64,000 nucleotides of DNA, from contig CAWETI010000003.1 in assembly GCA_963812015.1 (NCBI GenBank), positions 1,216,001-1,280,000 on the forward strand, given 5' to 3'. A program made the translations under genes and the position numbers. Positions within the stretch are counted from its first letter, which is position 1. Each line of letters begins with the position of its first letter. The stretch comes from an uncultured delta proteobacterium. GTDB lineage: Bacteria > Desulfobacterota > Desulfobaccia > Desulfobaccales > 0-14-0-80-60-11. Under the pieces are notes generated by a model. The model was not told the DNA's origin, ran no database searches, and saw only the letters and a list, made by a program, of their open reading frames with translations. Positions 10,390 through 19,109 of the stretch are shown piece after piece.

Positions 10390-10688
10390 ACATGATGGCG
10401 TAGCCCGGGTGGCGGGTGGTACGACTGTCGATGGCCGAGGAACGCCCCGTGCCACAGCTCCCGGAGAGCTCGATTAACCATTTGCCGGATCGGCCTGAGG
10501 GGATGATCCTGGGGCACTCGAGCTTCGGGGGAAAGGTAGCTGAACATGGCTTGCTGCTACACATCGTCACCGCGCATAATCGCTGCCTCCAGATATCATA
10601 TTGTAATCATTGACTATAACACCTTGTGAGGCTTACAAACAGCGATTTTTTAAGGTTCTTAAGGATGAGTTTTTAAACATCCTGCTAG
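10390..10688 (-). mobile_element. IS5-family insertion sequence remnant (internally deleted, one end retained)
   Basis: GGAGG plus ATG at 10577 gives MRGDDV*QQAMFSYLSPEARVPQDHPLRPIRQMVNRALREL, joined near 10450 to the C-terminal-type motif RSSAIDSRTTRHPGYAI. End sequence CTAG-CAGGATGTTTAAAAACTC on the minus strand at 10667-10688. Confidence 0.85.
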
Positions 10689-10751
10689 TGTCGCGTTCAA
10701 CGGGCTAGGCATTCCCGATATTCAGGGAAAGGGCTTTTTCCGAGAGATTTG

Positions 10752-10760
10752 TGCTATAAT
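10752..10760 (+). promoter_or_regulatory. Candidate extended -10 sigma70 promoter for the 10969 operon
   Basis: Perfect TGnTATAAT (TGCTATAAT) about 200 bp upstream of the first gene; no good -35. Confidence 0.45.
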
Positions 10761-10968
10761 GGGGCAGCGATTAGGGTCGGCCTTAAGAACCGATGCAGAC
10801 TTTCCCCGGGCTCAGACTCCCCAAAGCTAATTTTTGGACAGAGGCCATCAAGCTGCGCATAATTTTTTGAATAATATACGCTCCTGTAATGGAGCAGTCT
10901 GCAGCGTCCCATTACTCAGGGGCAGATTCTGCCTTGAAGCAGTTTGAAGGGTTACATTCGATTATTCT

Positions 10969-11967
10969 ATGCGGCCTTCAACTAATCATCCTCTGTTTGA
11001 TCGAACTCGCCTGGAACTCTCACCTCTGGCGGAGAGAATCCATGATTTGGACATCAGTAGCATAAGAGAGGTCAAGGCGGTTCCCAGGGAAAATATTCCC
11101 CGGGAACTTACCCGGGTGGCCCAACGTATGGTCCAGGCCCGCCGGCAAGGCCGGGCCATTATTTTTATGCTGGGCGCTCATGTCTTGCGCGCCGGAGTGC
11201 AGCATTACCTCATTGATTTGATGGCTCGCCAATACGTTTCTTGCCTGGCGGGAAACGGGGCCTGCATGATCCACGACTTTGAGTTTGCCTTGCTTGGCGC
11301 TACTACTGAAAGCGTGGCAAGATACATCGTGGACGGGCGGTTCGGATTGTGGCTGGAGACGGGTTATCTCAACGATCTTATTAATGCTGCCTATCAGCAG
11401 AACCCCGCCTGCGGAATGGGTGAAACCGTAGGGAGAGCTATCCTGGAGGGAGATTACCCCTACAAGGACGTCAGCGTGTTTGCCGCCGCGGTCCGCTGGG
11501 GGGTGCCGGTGACGGTACATGTGGGCATCGGCTACGATATCATCCACGAACATCCCAATTGCAACGGCGCTGCCACAGGGCAGTTATCTTACAATGACTT
11601 TTTGCGCTTAGTCACCGTCGTGCAGGATTTGAAAAATGGGGTGGTGATGAACTTCGGGAGCGCGGTCATGGCGCCTGAAGTTTTTCTCAAGGCCCTGAGC
11701 ATGGCCAGGAACGTGGCCCGGCAGGAGGGAAGGGGGATCCGGAATTTTTGCTCCCTGGTATGTGATATCCGGGACCTGTCCGGGGATTTCACCCAGGAAC
11801 CTCCCAAGACTTCCCCCGCCTATTATTTTCGCCCGTGGAAAACCATGTTAGTCAGGGCCGTTCAAGAAGGTGGGGAAAGCTTTTATGTCCGGGGCTTACA
11901 CGACGAGACCATTCCGGCGTTATGGACGGCCATAGGCGAGGCCGAAACTCAAACGGGGGCAGGTTGA
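10969..11967 (+). CDS. Conserved hypothetical protein with deoxyhypusine-synthase-like fold
   Basis: IIFMLGAHVLRAG, NGACMIHDFE, SVFAAAVRWGVPVTVHVGIGYDIIH and GVVMNFGSAVMAPEVFLKAL follow the order of DHS-like segments. Confidence 0.6.
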   Translation: MRPSTNHPLFDRTRLELSPLAERIHDLDISSIREVKAVPRENIPRELTRVAQRMVQARRQGRAIIFMLGAHVLRAGVQHYLIDLMARQYVSCLAGNGACMIHDFEFALLGATTESVARYIVDGRFGLWLETGYLNDLINAAYQQNPACGMGETVGRAILEGDYPYKDVSVFAAAVRWGVPVTVHVGIGYDIIHEHPNCNGAATGQLSYNDFLRLVTVVQDLKNGVVMNFGSAVMAPEVFLKALSMARNVARQEGRGIRNFCSLVCDIRDLSGDFTQEPPKTSPAYYFRPWKTMLVRAVQEGGESFYVRGLHDETIPALWTAIGEAETQTGAG

Positions 11968-12458
11968 CCAAGAAAAAAGTATTTTCTTTAGGGGAGCTAT
12001 CCCGTCGGATAGCGAAACTGAAGAAACAGGGCAAGACGATCGTCCACTGCCATGGCTGCTTCGATCTGATGCATCCCGGCCACATCAAATACCTCCAGGC
12101 CGCCAAGCAAATGGGGAATATCTTAGTGGTCACGTTATCTCCTGACAAATACGTGGACAAAGGCCTGGGAAGGCCGGTATTCTCTGAAAAACTGCGGGCC
12201 GAGTGCCTCGCAGCCCTGGAGTGCGTGGATTATGTGGCCATCAATGAGTGGCCCACAGCGGAGGAAACGCTGCGTCTCCTCCGGCCGGATTATTATGTCA
12301 AAGGGCAGGAATTCGAAAAGATAGAGGATAAAACCGGAAAGCTCCAACGGGAATTTCAGGTAGTCCACGAGGTGGGCGGTACAATGCGTTTTACCCATGA
12401 AATCGTCTTTTCTTCCACAGAACTGCTGAATAAATATTTTCTGGCCAAGGAAGGGTAA
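11964..12458 (+). CDS. Stand-alone adenylyl/cytidylyltransferase (RfaE domain II / HldC-like)
   Basis: HGCFDLMHPGHIKYL (HxGH), RPVFSEKLRAE, YVKG, FSSTELL. The TTG start at 11964 overlaps the upstream TGA. Confidence 0.9.
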   Translation: MTKKKVFSLGELSRRIAKLKKQGKTIVHCHGCFDLMHPGHIKYLQAAKQMGNILVVTLSPDKYVDKGLGRPVFSEKLRAECLAALECVDYVAINEWPTAEETLRLLRPDYYVKGQEFEKIEDKTGKLQREFQVVHEVGGTMRFTHEIVFSSTELLNKYFLAKEG

Positions 12459-12471
12459 AAGAGGCCTCACC

Positions 12472-14025
12472 ATGCCTGGAAAGGATAAGATCCTTAGCAT
12501 CGTCGAGCTCGGCAACGTGGTGGCAAACCTGCAGAGACAAGGCAAGACGGTGGTCCAATCCCACGGCGTCTTCGACATCATTCATCCCGGCATCATCCAG
12601 CACCTCAGTGAGGCGGCTGCTCTGGGAGATTTGCTAGTGGTGACGATCATCAAGGACAAGGATGTGCGGCGGGGACCGGGGCGGCCGGTGTTCCCGGAAA
12701 GGCTGCGGGCCGAAAATGTCGCGGCCCTAGAATTAGTGGATTACGCCTGCGTGGTGGACGACGATATTCCCTTTGAATGCGTGAAAAGCCTTAACCCCGA
12801 TATTTTTGCCAAAGGGCAAGCTTATAAAGAACGGGATCGGAAGATCCACCGCAAGATCTTTAGGGAAGAACGGCAACTATATTTCGGGAAGAGCAAGCTT
12901 ATTGAAACCAAAAGTTTTTCCTTTAGCGCTTCGGAGATCATTAACCATCTGCTGGGAATTTATCCGGAGGAAACCCAACTTTTCTTGCACGACTTTGCCC
13001 AGAAATATTCTTTTGATGATATCGCCCGCAGGATCGATAGTCTCAGTGATCTCAAAGTGCTAATTATTGGAGATAGCATTATTGACGAATACCATTTTTG
13101 CAGTCCTATGGGTAAATCAGCCAAGGCGCAATTGGTGGTCAACCAATATTTGAGCCACGAGGTATACCCCGGAGGGGTCTTAGCTGTGGCGAACCATGTG
13201 GCGGCGGTATGTCAGGAAGTGACCCTGATAACGATGTTAGGCCAAGAAAATTCCCGGGAAGACTTTATAAGGGCGAACTTGAACCCTATTATCAAAGGAA
13301 AGTATTTTTATCGGGAGGACGGGCCTACAGTAATAAAAAAACGATATATAGATCGCTACAATAACCAGAAGTTATTTGAAATTAATTATATTAAAAACCA
13401 GAATATTAACGGAAAATCTGAAACCTCAATTATTGACGGCCTGAGGGAACAAATCCCACGGCACGATCTGGTGATGGTGGCTGATTTTGGCCACGGCCTG
13501 ATTACCCCACGGATGGTCCAGGCCATGGGGCAATACGCCCACCTGTTAGCCGTGAACACTCAGACTAATGCGGCCAACGTCGGCTTCAACATGATCACCA
13601 AGTATCGAAGTCCCAGGTTTGCGTGTCTATCCGAGGAGGAAGCGCGCCTGGCCATGCAGAATAAAATCGACGATATCAGCGTGGTAGCTAAAGGACTGGC
13701 CAAGACCCTGGGAACGGAAAGGCTCATTGTCACGTTAGGGAAAAAAGGTTCGTTAGGGGTGGACCGGCAAAACAACCTCCATTTTACTCCTATTTTTTCC
13801 CCCAAGGTGGTGGATACGGTGGGGGCCGGGGACGCGGTCTTTTCCTACGCCGGCCCCTGTTCCGCCAAAGGTGTGCCCTTGGACTTGACCGCGTTCGTGG
13901 GCAATGTGGTGGGCGCCCTTGCGGTTCAGATCATGGGCAACAAGGAAGCGGTGAAGAAATATGCCGTGCTGGAATTTATCAGCACCCTGCTAAAGCAAGG
14001 CAGTTCCAGACCAATTAACGGTTAG
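12472..14025 (+). CDS. Fused nucleotidyltransferase-like plus PfkB sugar kinase (HldE-related, reversed domain order)
   Basis: N-terminal HGVFDIIHPGII; C-terminal IIGDSIIDEY, VADFGHG, VTLGKKG, VDTVGAGD. Confidence 0.88.
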   Translation: MPGKDKILSIVELGNVVANLQRQGKTVVQSHGVFDIIHPGIIQHLSEAAALGDLLVVTIIKDKDVRRGPGRPVFPERLRAENVAALELVDYACVVDDDIPFECVKSLNPDIFAKGQAYKERDRKIHRKIFREERQLYFGKSKLIETKSFSFSASEIINHLLGIYPEETQLFLHDFAQKYSFDDIARRIDSLSDLKVLIIGDSIIDEYHFCSPMGKSAKAQLVVNQYLSHEVYPGGVLAVANHVAAVCQEVTLITMLGQENSREDFIRANLNPIIKGKYFYREDGPTVIKKRYIDRYNNQKLFEINYIKNQNINGKSETSIIDGLREQIPRHDLVMVADFGHGLITPRMVQAMGQYAHLLAVNTQTNAANVGFNMITKYRSPRFACLSEEEARLAMQNKIDDISVVAKGLAKTLGTERLIVTLGKKGSLGVDRQNNLHFTPIFSPKVVDTVGAGDAVFSYAGPCSAKGVPLDLTAFVGNVVGALAVQIMGNKEAVKKYAVLEFISTLLKQGSSRPING

Positions 14026-14097
14026 GGAAGGGGGATGGGGTTTACACCACCCCCGGAGAAGGCGTAAAGGGCTGGCCATGAAGCCGGGAGTGATAAG

Positions 14098-14685
14098 TTG
14101 AAGGACTTTGCCGATAGATATTACCACGATTTAAAAAGTCTCGTGGACGGTTTGATGGTCACGGACGCGCAGGGGAGCTCGCGGGAATTTTCTCAGGGGA
14201 TGGGGCAAGCAGCGGACTTGATTGTCGAGCGGACCAAAGCGGGTTACAAAATGCTCTTTATCGGCAATGGCGCCAGCGCTGCCATCTCCAGCCACATGGC
14301 CACGGACTTCTGGAAAAACGGGGGGATGAGGGCCTTGGCTTTCAATGACGGCGTCCTCCTGACTTGTTTGGGCAATGATTACGGTTACGAGCAGGTCTTT
14401 GCCAAACCTATCCAGATGTTTGCCGATCCTGGGGATGTGTTGATGGCGATTAGCAGTTCCGGCCAGTCGCCCAACATCCTCTTTGGGGTTCAGGCAGCCC
14501 GGCAAAAAGGCTGCCAGGTCATCACCCTGTCGGGCTTTAAGCCTGACAATCCCTTACGCTCCCTGGGGAATTATAATTTTTATGTGCCGGCCTCCACTTA
14601 CGGCGCGGTGGAGATTCTGCACCATTCCATCTGTCATTGCCTCTTGGACATGATCAATCAGAGAAAGCCGATAGAATCATCCTAA
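14098..14685 (+). CDS. SIS-domain phosphosugar isomerase (divergent GmhA-like)
   Basis: GNGASAAISSH, GNDYGYEQVF, GDVLMAISSSGQSPNI, ITLSG. Confidence 0.85.
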   Translation: MKDFADRYYHDLKSLVDGLMVTDAQGSSREFSQGMGQAADLIVERTKAGYKMLFIGNGASAAISSHMATDFWKNGGMRALAFNDGVLLTCLGNDYGYEQVFAKPIQMFADPGDVLMAISSSGQSPNILFGVQAARQKGCQVITLSGFKPDNPLRSLGNYNFYVPASTYGAVEILHHSICHCLLDMINQRKPIESS

Positions 14686-14703
14686 AGGGAAGAAGACCTA
14701 TAT

Positions 14704-15702
14704 ATGAGCAAAGCCAAAAAAGTCATGGTCACGGGCGGGGCTGGTTATGTTGGGGCGGTTTTGGCGCCCAAACTCCTGGCCCGAGGACACCAGGTCAAGG
14801 TTATTGACCTCTACATCTACGGTGCAGACGTCTTAAAGGCCGTCCAAGATAATCCTCGCCTCATCCAGGTGAGAGGAGACATTCGTGACCGGGGGTTGCT
14901 GGCCAGAGAGATTTCGGGGTATGACACGGTTATTCACCTCGCCTGTATTTCTAACGATCCCAGCTATGAACTGAATCCTACCCTCGGCAAGTCCATCAAT
15001 TACGACGCCTTTGTCGATCTGGTGGAAATAGCCAAGCAGGCGGGGGTCCGGCACTTTATCTACGCCTCCAGTTCCAGTGTTTACGGCATTAAAGATGAAC
15101 TCGAGGTAACCGAGGATCTGCCCCTCGCCCCGTTGACCGACTACTCCAAGTACAAGGCCAAGTGCGAAGAATACCTGGATGGGGCGGCCACGGACGATTT
15201 TATCGTCACCACTATCCGACCGGCGACGGTCTGTGGCTACTCGCCGCGGCAGCGCCTGGACCTGACCGTGAACATCCTGACAAATCATGCGGTTAACCGC
15301 GGGAAAATCACGGTATTCGGCGGAGAGCAGAGAAGACCCAACCTCCACATTGAGGACATGACGGATTTATACCTTTTCCTGCTCGGCCAACCGCCGGAGA
15401 AAATCCACCGGAAGATCTACAATGTCGGCTACCAGAATTACACCGTCCGTGAGCTCGCAGAAATGGTGCGGGACACCCTGAGCGGCGATATCGTCATCGA
15501 AACCACCCCCACGGATGATATCCGCTCCTATCACGTGTCCTCCCAAAAGATTAAGGAGGAGCTGGGCTTCGAGGCCAGGCACACCATCCAGGATGCCGTC
15601 CGGGACTTAAAGAGGGCATTCGTTGCGGGTCTTTTGCCCAATTCCATGGAGGACAGCCGGTACTATAATATCAAGACCATGATAGCCACCAATCTCCAAT
15701 GA
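14704..15702 (+). CDS. NAD-dependent epimerase/dehydratase (extended SDR)
   Basis: VTGGAGYVG, YASSSSVYG, YSKYK, RPATVCGYSPRQRLDL. Confidence 0.92.
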   Translation: MSKAKKVMVTGGAGYVGAVLAPKLLARGHQVKVIDLYIYGADVLKAVQDNPRLIQVRGDIRDRGLLAREISGYDTVIHLACISNDPSYELNPTLGKSINYDAFVDLVEIAKQAGVRHFIYASSSSVYGIKDELEVTEDLPLAPLTDYSKYKAKCEEYLDGAATDDFIVTTIRPATVCGYSPRQRLDLTVNILTNHAVNRGKITVFGGEQRRPNLHIEDMTDLYLFLLGQPPEKIHRKIYNVGYQNYTVRELAEMVRDTLSGDIVIETTPTDDIRSYHVSSQKIKEELGFEARHTIQDAVRDLKRAFVAGLLPNSMEDSRYYNIKTMIATNLQ

Positions 15703-15715
15703 AAGTGATCGCCCC

Positions 15716-16816
15716 ATGAGAGTTTCGTTCTCCTACTTAAAGGAACAATTTAAAGACCACCAGGTCTACCTGGACAAAATTTCAGAGGTCGTAACGACCG
15801 GCGATTACACCCTGGGCAAGGCGGTCACCGAATTTGAGCAGAGGTTCGCCGCCCTTTTGGGGGCGAAGTATGCCATCGGGGTAAACTCAGGCACGGATGC
15901 CTTGTTCCTTTCGCTTAAGGCCATGGGGGTGGGTCCCGGAGACGAAGTGATCACCACCCCCAACACCTTTATTGCCACCGTGGGGGCCATCGTCGCCTCG
16001 GGGGCCCGACCGGTGTTCGTTGACTGTAATGATGAATATGTCATTAATGCCGACCTCATCGAACCGGCCATCACCTCCAGGACCAGGGCCATCATGCCGG
16101 TGCATTACGCCGGCGTGGCGGCCGACATGGATAAGATCATGGCCATGGCCCACCAACACGGGCTGCCGGTCATCGAGGACGCCTGTCAGGCCATTTTGGG
16201 GGCCTTGCAGGGAAAATGCGCCGGGACCTTTGGTTTGACCGGGGCCTTTAGTCTCCACCCTTTAAAGAACCTCAACGTCTGGGGCGACTCAGGGGTGATC
16301 ATCACTGATAACGAGGAGATTCGGGATCGGCTGGTGTTGCTCCGCAACCACGGCCTGGTCAACCGGGATGAAGTAGCGTGCTTCGGGTATAATAGCCGGC
16401 TTGACACGATCCAGGCCGCGGTGGGCAACCACTTGATTCAAGAGATCCACTGGATCACCGAAACCAGGATTAAATGGGCTAATAGGTTAGACCAGGCCTT
16501 GTTCCAGCTCTCCGGCTGCATCACGGTGCCCCGAAGACGGCCTCACAAACGCTATGTCCACCACCTTTACATGGTGCAAGCCCGAGACCGGGACAAGTTG
16601 CTCGCCTTTCTGGAAAGCAACGGCATCGAGGCCAAGGTGCATTATCCCATGCCTTTGCATCTGCAAAAGTGCTCCGCCCATTTGGGTTATCAGGCAGGCG
16701 ACTTTCCCGTCACCGAGGCGCTGGCCCAATCGATTATCACCTTGCCGGCGCACCAGCATCTCAAGGAAGAGCATATCGACTATGTTATCGAAAAAATTCG
16801 GGAATTTTATTTGTAA
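15716..16816 (+). CDS. DegT/DnrJ/EryC1/StrS aminotransferase
   Basis: VNSGTDAL, PVHYAG, EDACQA, FSLHPLKNLNVWGDSG, GYNSRLDTIQAA. Confidence 0.93.
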   Translation: MRVSFSYLKEQFKDHQVYLDKISEVVTTGDYTLGKAVTEFEQRFAALLGAKYAIGVNSGTDALFLSLKAMGVGPGDEVITTPNTFIATVGAIVASGARPVFVDCNDEYVINADLIEPAITSRTRAIMPVHYAGVAADMDKIMAMAHQHGLPVIEDACQAILGALQGKCAGTFGLTGAFSLHPLKNLNVWGDSGVIITDNEEIRDRLVLLRNHGLVNRDEVACFGYNSRLDTIQAAVGNHLIQEIHWITETRIKWANRLDQALFQLSGCITVPRRRPHKRYVHHLYMVQARDRDKLLAFLESNGIEAKVHYPMPLHLQKCSAHLGYQAGDFPVTEALAQSIITLPAHQHLKEEHIDYVIEKIREFYL

Positions 16817-16821
16817 ACGCC

Positions 16822-17922
16822 ATGCAAGTCAAATACCTGGATCTTCCCCGGCAGTTTGATGATCCCGAACTCCTCCGGTTGGTCACCGGGGTGTTTGCTC
16901 GCGGCCAGTTTGTCTTGGGACCGGAAGTTGCCGAATTTGAGGGGGAATTAGCTAAACTCTGCGGCACCCGGTTCGCCGTGGGGGTTAATTCAGCCACCGA
17001 TGCCCTCTTCCTGGCCTTGAAGGCCTTGGGGGTAGGCTCTGGGGACGAAGTGATCACGGTGTCCAACAGTTTCATCGCCACCGCCGGGGCGATTGCGGCG
17101 GCCGGGGCCAGACCGGTGTTCGTGGATGTGGGCCCTGATTATAATATGGATGCAGATCTTCTGGAAAAAGCCCTTACCTCCCGCACCAGGGCTATCCTGC
17201 CGGTCCACCTTACCGGAAACCCGGCAGACATGCCCAAAATTATTCGGGTGGCCAAGAAACACTCCCTATTCGTGGTGGAGGATGCCGCCCAGTCTGTGGG
17301 CGCCGCCTTTAACGGGAAGTGCGTGGGTTCCTTCGGAGAGGTTGGCTGTTTCAGTCTCCACCCCCTGAAGAACCTAAATGTTGCGGGAGATGGGGGGGTA
17401 ATGACCACCGGTTCCCCGGAGTTGCATAATCGTTTGGCCCTCTTGCGCAATCATGGGTTAAAAAACCGGGAGGAAATCGATTTTTTCGGTTATAATTCTC
17501 GGTTAGACACCATTCAGGCCGTGGTGGCCAAATATAACTTGGAATTCTTGGATCAGGTTACCGAAAAGCGCATTCAGAATGCCAGGCTTTATGACCAGTT
17601 GTTGGCTGATCTGGAAGACGATGTGGTTATTCCGCCTCGGAACCCGGAGGTTAAACAAGTCTTCCACACTTATGTGATCCAGGTGAACCACCGGGAAAAG
17701 CTTATTGAATATCTGAGCAGGCACCAGGTTGAGACCAAGATTCATTACCCAATTCCCATCCACCTCCAGACTCCCTGCCGTGCCATGGGATGGAAGTCCG
17801 GGGACTTGCCGGAAACGGAAAGACAGGCCGGTCGGATTCTGACGTTGCCCATCCATCAGTTTCTTACCGAGGCCCACATACACTACGTAGCCGCGACTAT
17901 GAAAAAATTTTATCGGAGGTAG
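16822..17922 (+). CDS. DegT/DnrJ/EryC1/StrS aminotransferase (tandem paralogue)
   Basis: Start MQVKYLDL at 16822; PVHLTG, EDAAQS, FSLHPLKNLNVAGDGG, GYNSRLDTIQA. Confidence 0.93.
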   Translation: MQVKYLDLPRQFDDPELLRLVTGVFARGQFVLGPEVAEFEGELAKLCGTRFAVGVNSATDALFLALKALGVGSGDEVITVSNSFIATAGAIAAAGARPVFVDVGPDYNMDADLLEKALTSRTRAILPVHLTGNPADMPKIIRVAKKHSLFVVEDAAQSVGAAFNGKCVGSFGEVGCFSLHPLKNLNVAGDGGVMTTGSPELHNRLALLRNHGLKNREEIDFFGYNSRLDTIQAVVAKYNLEFLDQVTEKRIQNARLYDQLLADLEDDVVIPPRNPEVKQVFHTYVIQVNHREKLIEYLSRHQVETKIHYPIPIHLQTPCRAMGWKSGDLPETERQAGRILTLPIHQFLTEAHIHYVAATMKKFYRR

Positions 17923-17929
17923 AGAAATT

Positions 17930-18265
17930 ATGCCTTCGTCACGCCAAGCCGCCCGATATCTCCTCGCACATTCGCATCGAGCTTTTTAAGATGATAGTTT
18001 TGATTCGCGGGTTCAAGGAAAAGATCATCGAGGTTTACGGCCGTGAGGATATAACGTTGCCCGTACGCCCTGGTATCGGCCAAGGGGGCATCGCGATTGA
18101 GAGGTGTGCCCGTCTGGCGGGTGAGGACTATATGGTGACGGGCCACCACGGTCAAGGGCATTGCCTGGCCGAAGGGCTGGACCCCAGAGCGTTATGGGGA
18201 ATCCTCCGGCAGGGCAACGGGTTGCTGGCTGGGGGCGAGCAGTTCTATGCATCCTGCGAGAGAAA
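17930..18265 (+). pseudogene. Degraded N-terminal fragment of a TPP-dependent E1 alpha gene
   Basis: LFKMIVLIRGFKEKIIEVY...PVRPGIGQGGIA...DYMVTGHHGQGHCLAEG, then shifted-frame ESSGRATGCWLGASSSMHPA, aligns to the intact copy at 26137 (MLRIRRFEEKIIELY...PVHLCIGQEAIA...DYIFTTHRNHGHCLAKG...EFYGKATGCSRGKGGSMHPV). Confidence 0.85.
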
Positions 18266-18295
18266 CCACAAAGCAATTGTGCAAGGTGTAGATCG

Positions 18296-19099
18296 ATGAG
18301 CGAAGGTATAGAATTTTCCGTAATTATGCCTGCACTTGATGAGGAAAAGAACATTACCTTTGCCATTCGTAATGCTTTGGAGGCTATCGACCATTTCGGC
18401 ATTAATGGCGAAATTATCGCGATCAACGATGGTAGCAGCGACAGGACGGCAGCTCTGATTAAGTCTTATATGGGGTGCGATCCTCGAGTTCGGCTTATTT
18501 CTCATGTTCGACCAATGGGGGTAGGGGCTTCTTTTTGGGATGGAGTGGATCAGGCTCAAGGGAAATTCGTCGTCATGCTCCCCGGAGATAATGAAAACGA
18601 TCCCATGGAAATCTTTCGTTACCACACCCTCCTCAAAAGTGTGGATATCGTGATTCCGTTTGCCTTTAACAAACATGTCCGTTCAATCTGGCGCAATGCC
18701 CTCTCTTTTATTTACCGCTTTATTATTAATACGACTTTTTTGGTCAATTTTAATTACACCAATGGCACGGTGCTCTATAGGAAAGCGCTCTTGGATGAAC
18801 TGGAATTTAGAAGCTCCAGCTTCTTTTTCCAAACCGACATCCTGGTGCGCACCATCAAGCGCGGCTATCTCTTTGCCGAGGTGCCTTATCGTCTGGACTT
18901 GCGCTCCGAGGGGGTCTCCAAAGCCGTCACCTTCCCCAGCCTGTTCATGGTGATCTGGGGGTATCTGCGTCTGACCCGTGATATCTACCGGCCGATCCGG
19001 AGGAACGCGACCCAATGCCATGCGTCTTCTTCTCAAACCGCAAAGCGCTATCAGGAATGTGTCAACCGGGAACGCGCCGATTCCAACATCAAACACTAA
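18296..19099 (+). CDS. GT2 glycosyltransferase, DPM1/ArnC-like (probable polyprenyl-phosphate glycosyltransferase)
   Basis: SVIMPALDEE, INDGSSDRT, MLPGDNE, AEVPY. Start MSEGIEF at 18296. Confidence 0.85.
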   Translation: MSEGIEFSVIMPALDEEKNITFAIRNALEAIDHFGINGEIIAINDGSSDRTAALIKSYMGCDPRVRLISHVRPMGVGASFWDGVDQAQGKFVVMLPGDNENDPMEIFRYHTLLKSVDIVIPFAFNKHVRSIWRNALSFIYRFIINTTFLVNFNYTNGTVLYRKALLDELEFRSSSFFFQTDILVRTIKRGYLFAEVPYRLDLRSEGVSKAVTFPSLFMVIWGYLRLTRDIYRPIRRNATQCHASSSQTAKRYQECVNRERADSNIKH

Positions 19100-19109
19100 T
19101 GGTCAAGAG

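Noticed and set aside
4006..10559. In-frame TAG codons as possible pyrrolysine or stop-codon recoding
   Set aside because: They occur alongside TAA stops, frameshifts and deletions, and intact genes here use TAG as a normal stop
14028..14056. G/C-rich hairpin after the kinase gene as a terminator
   Set aside because: Imperfect stem, no U-tract, and mid-operon position
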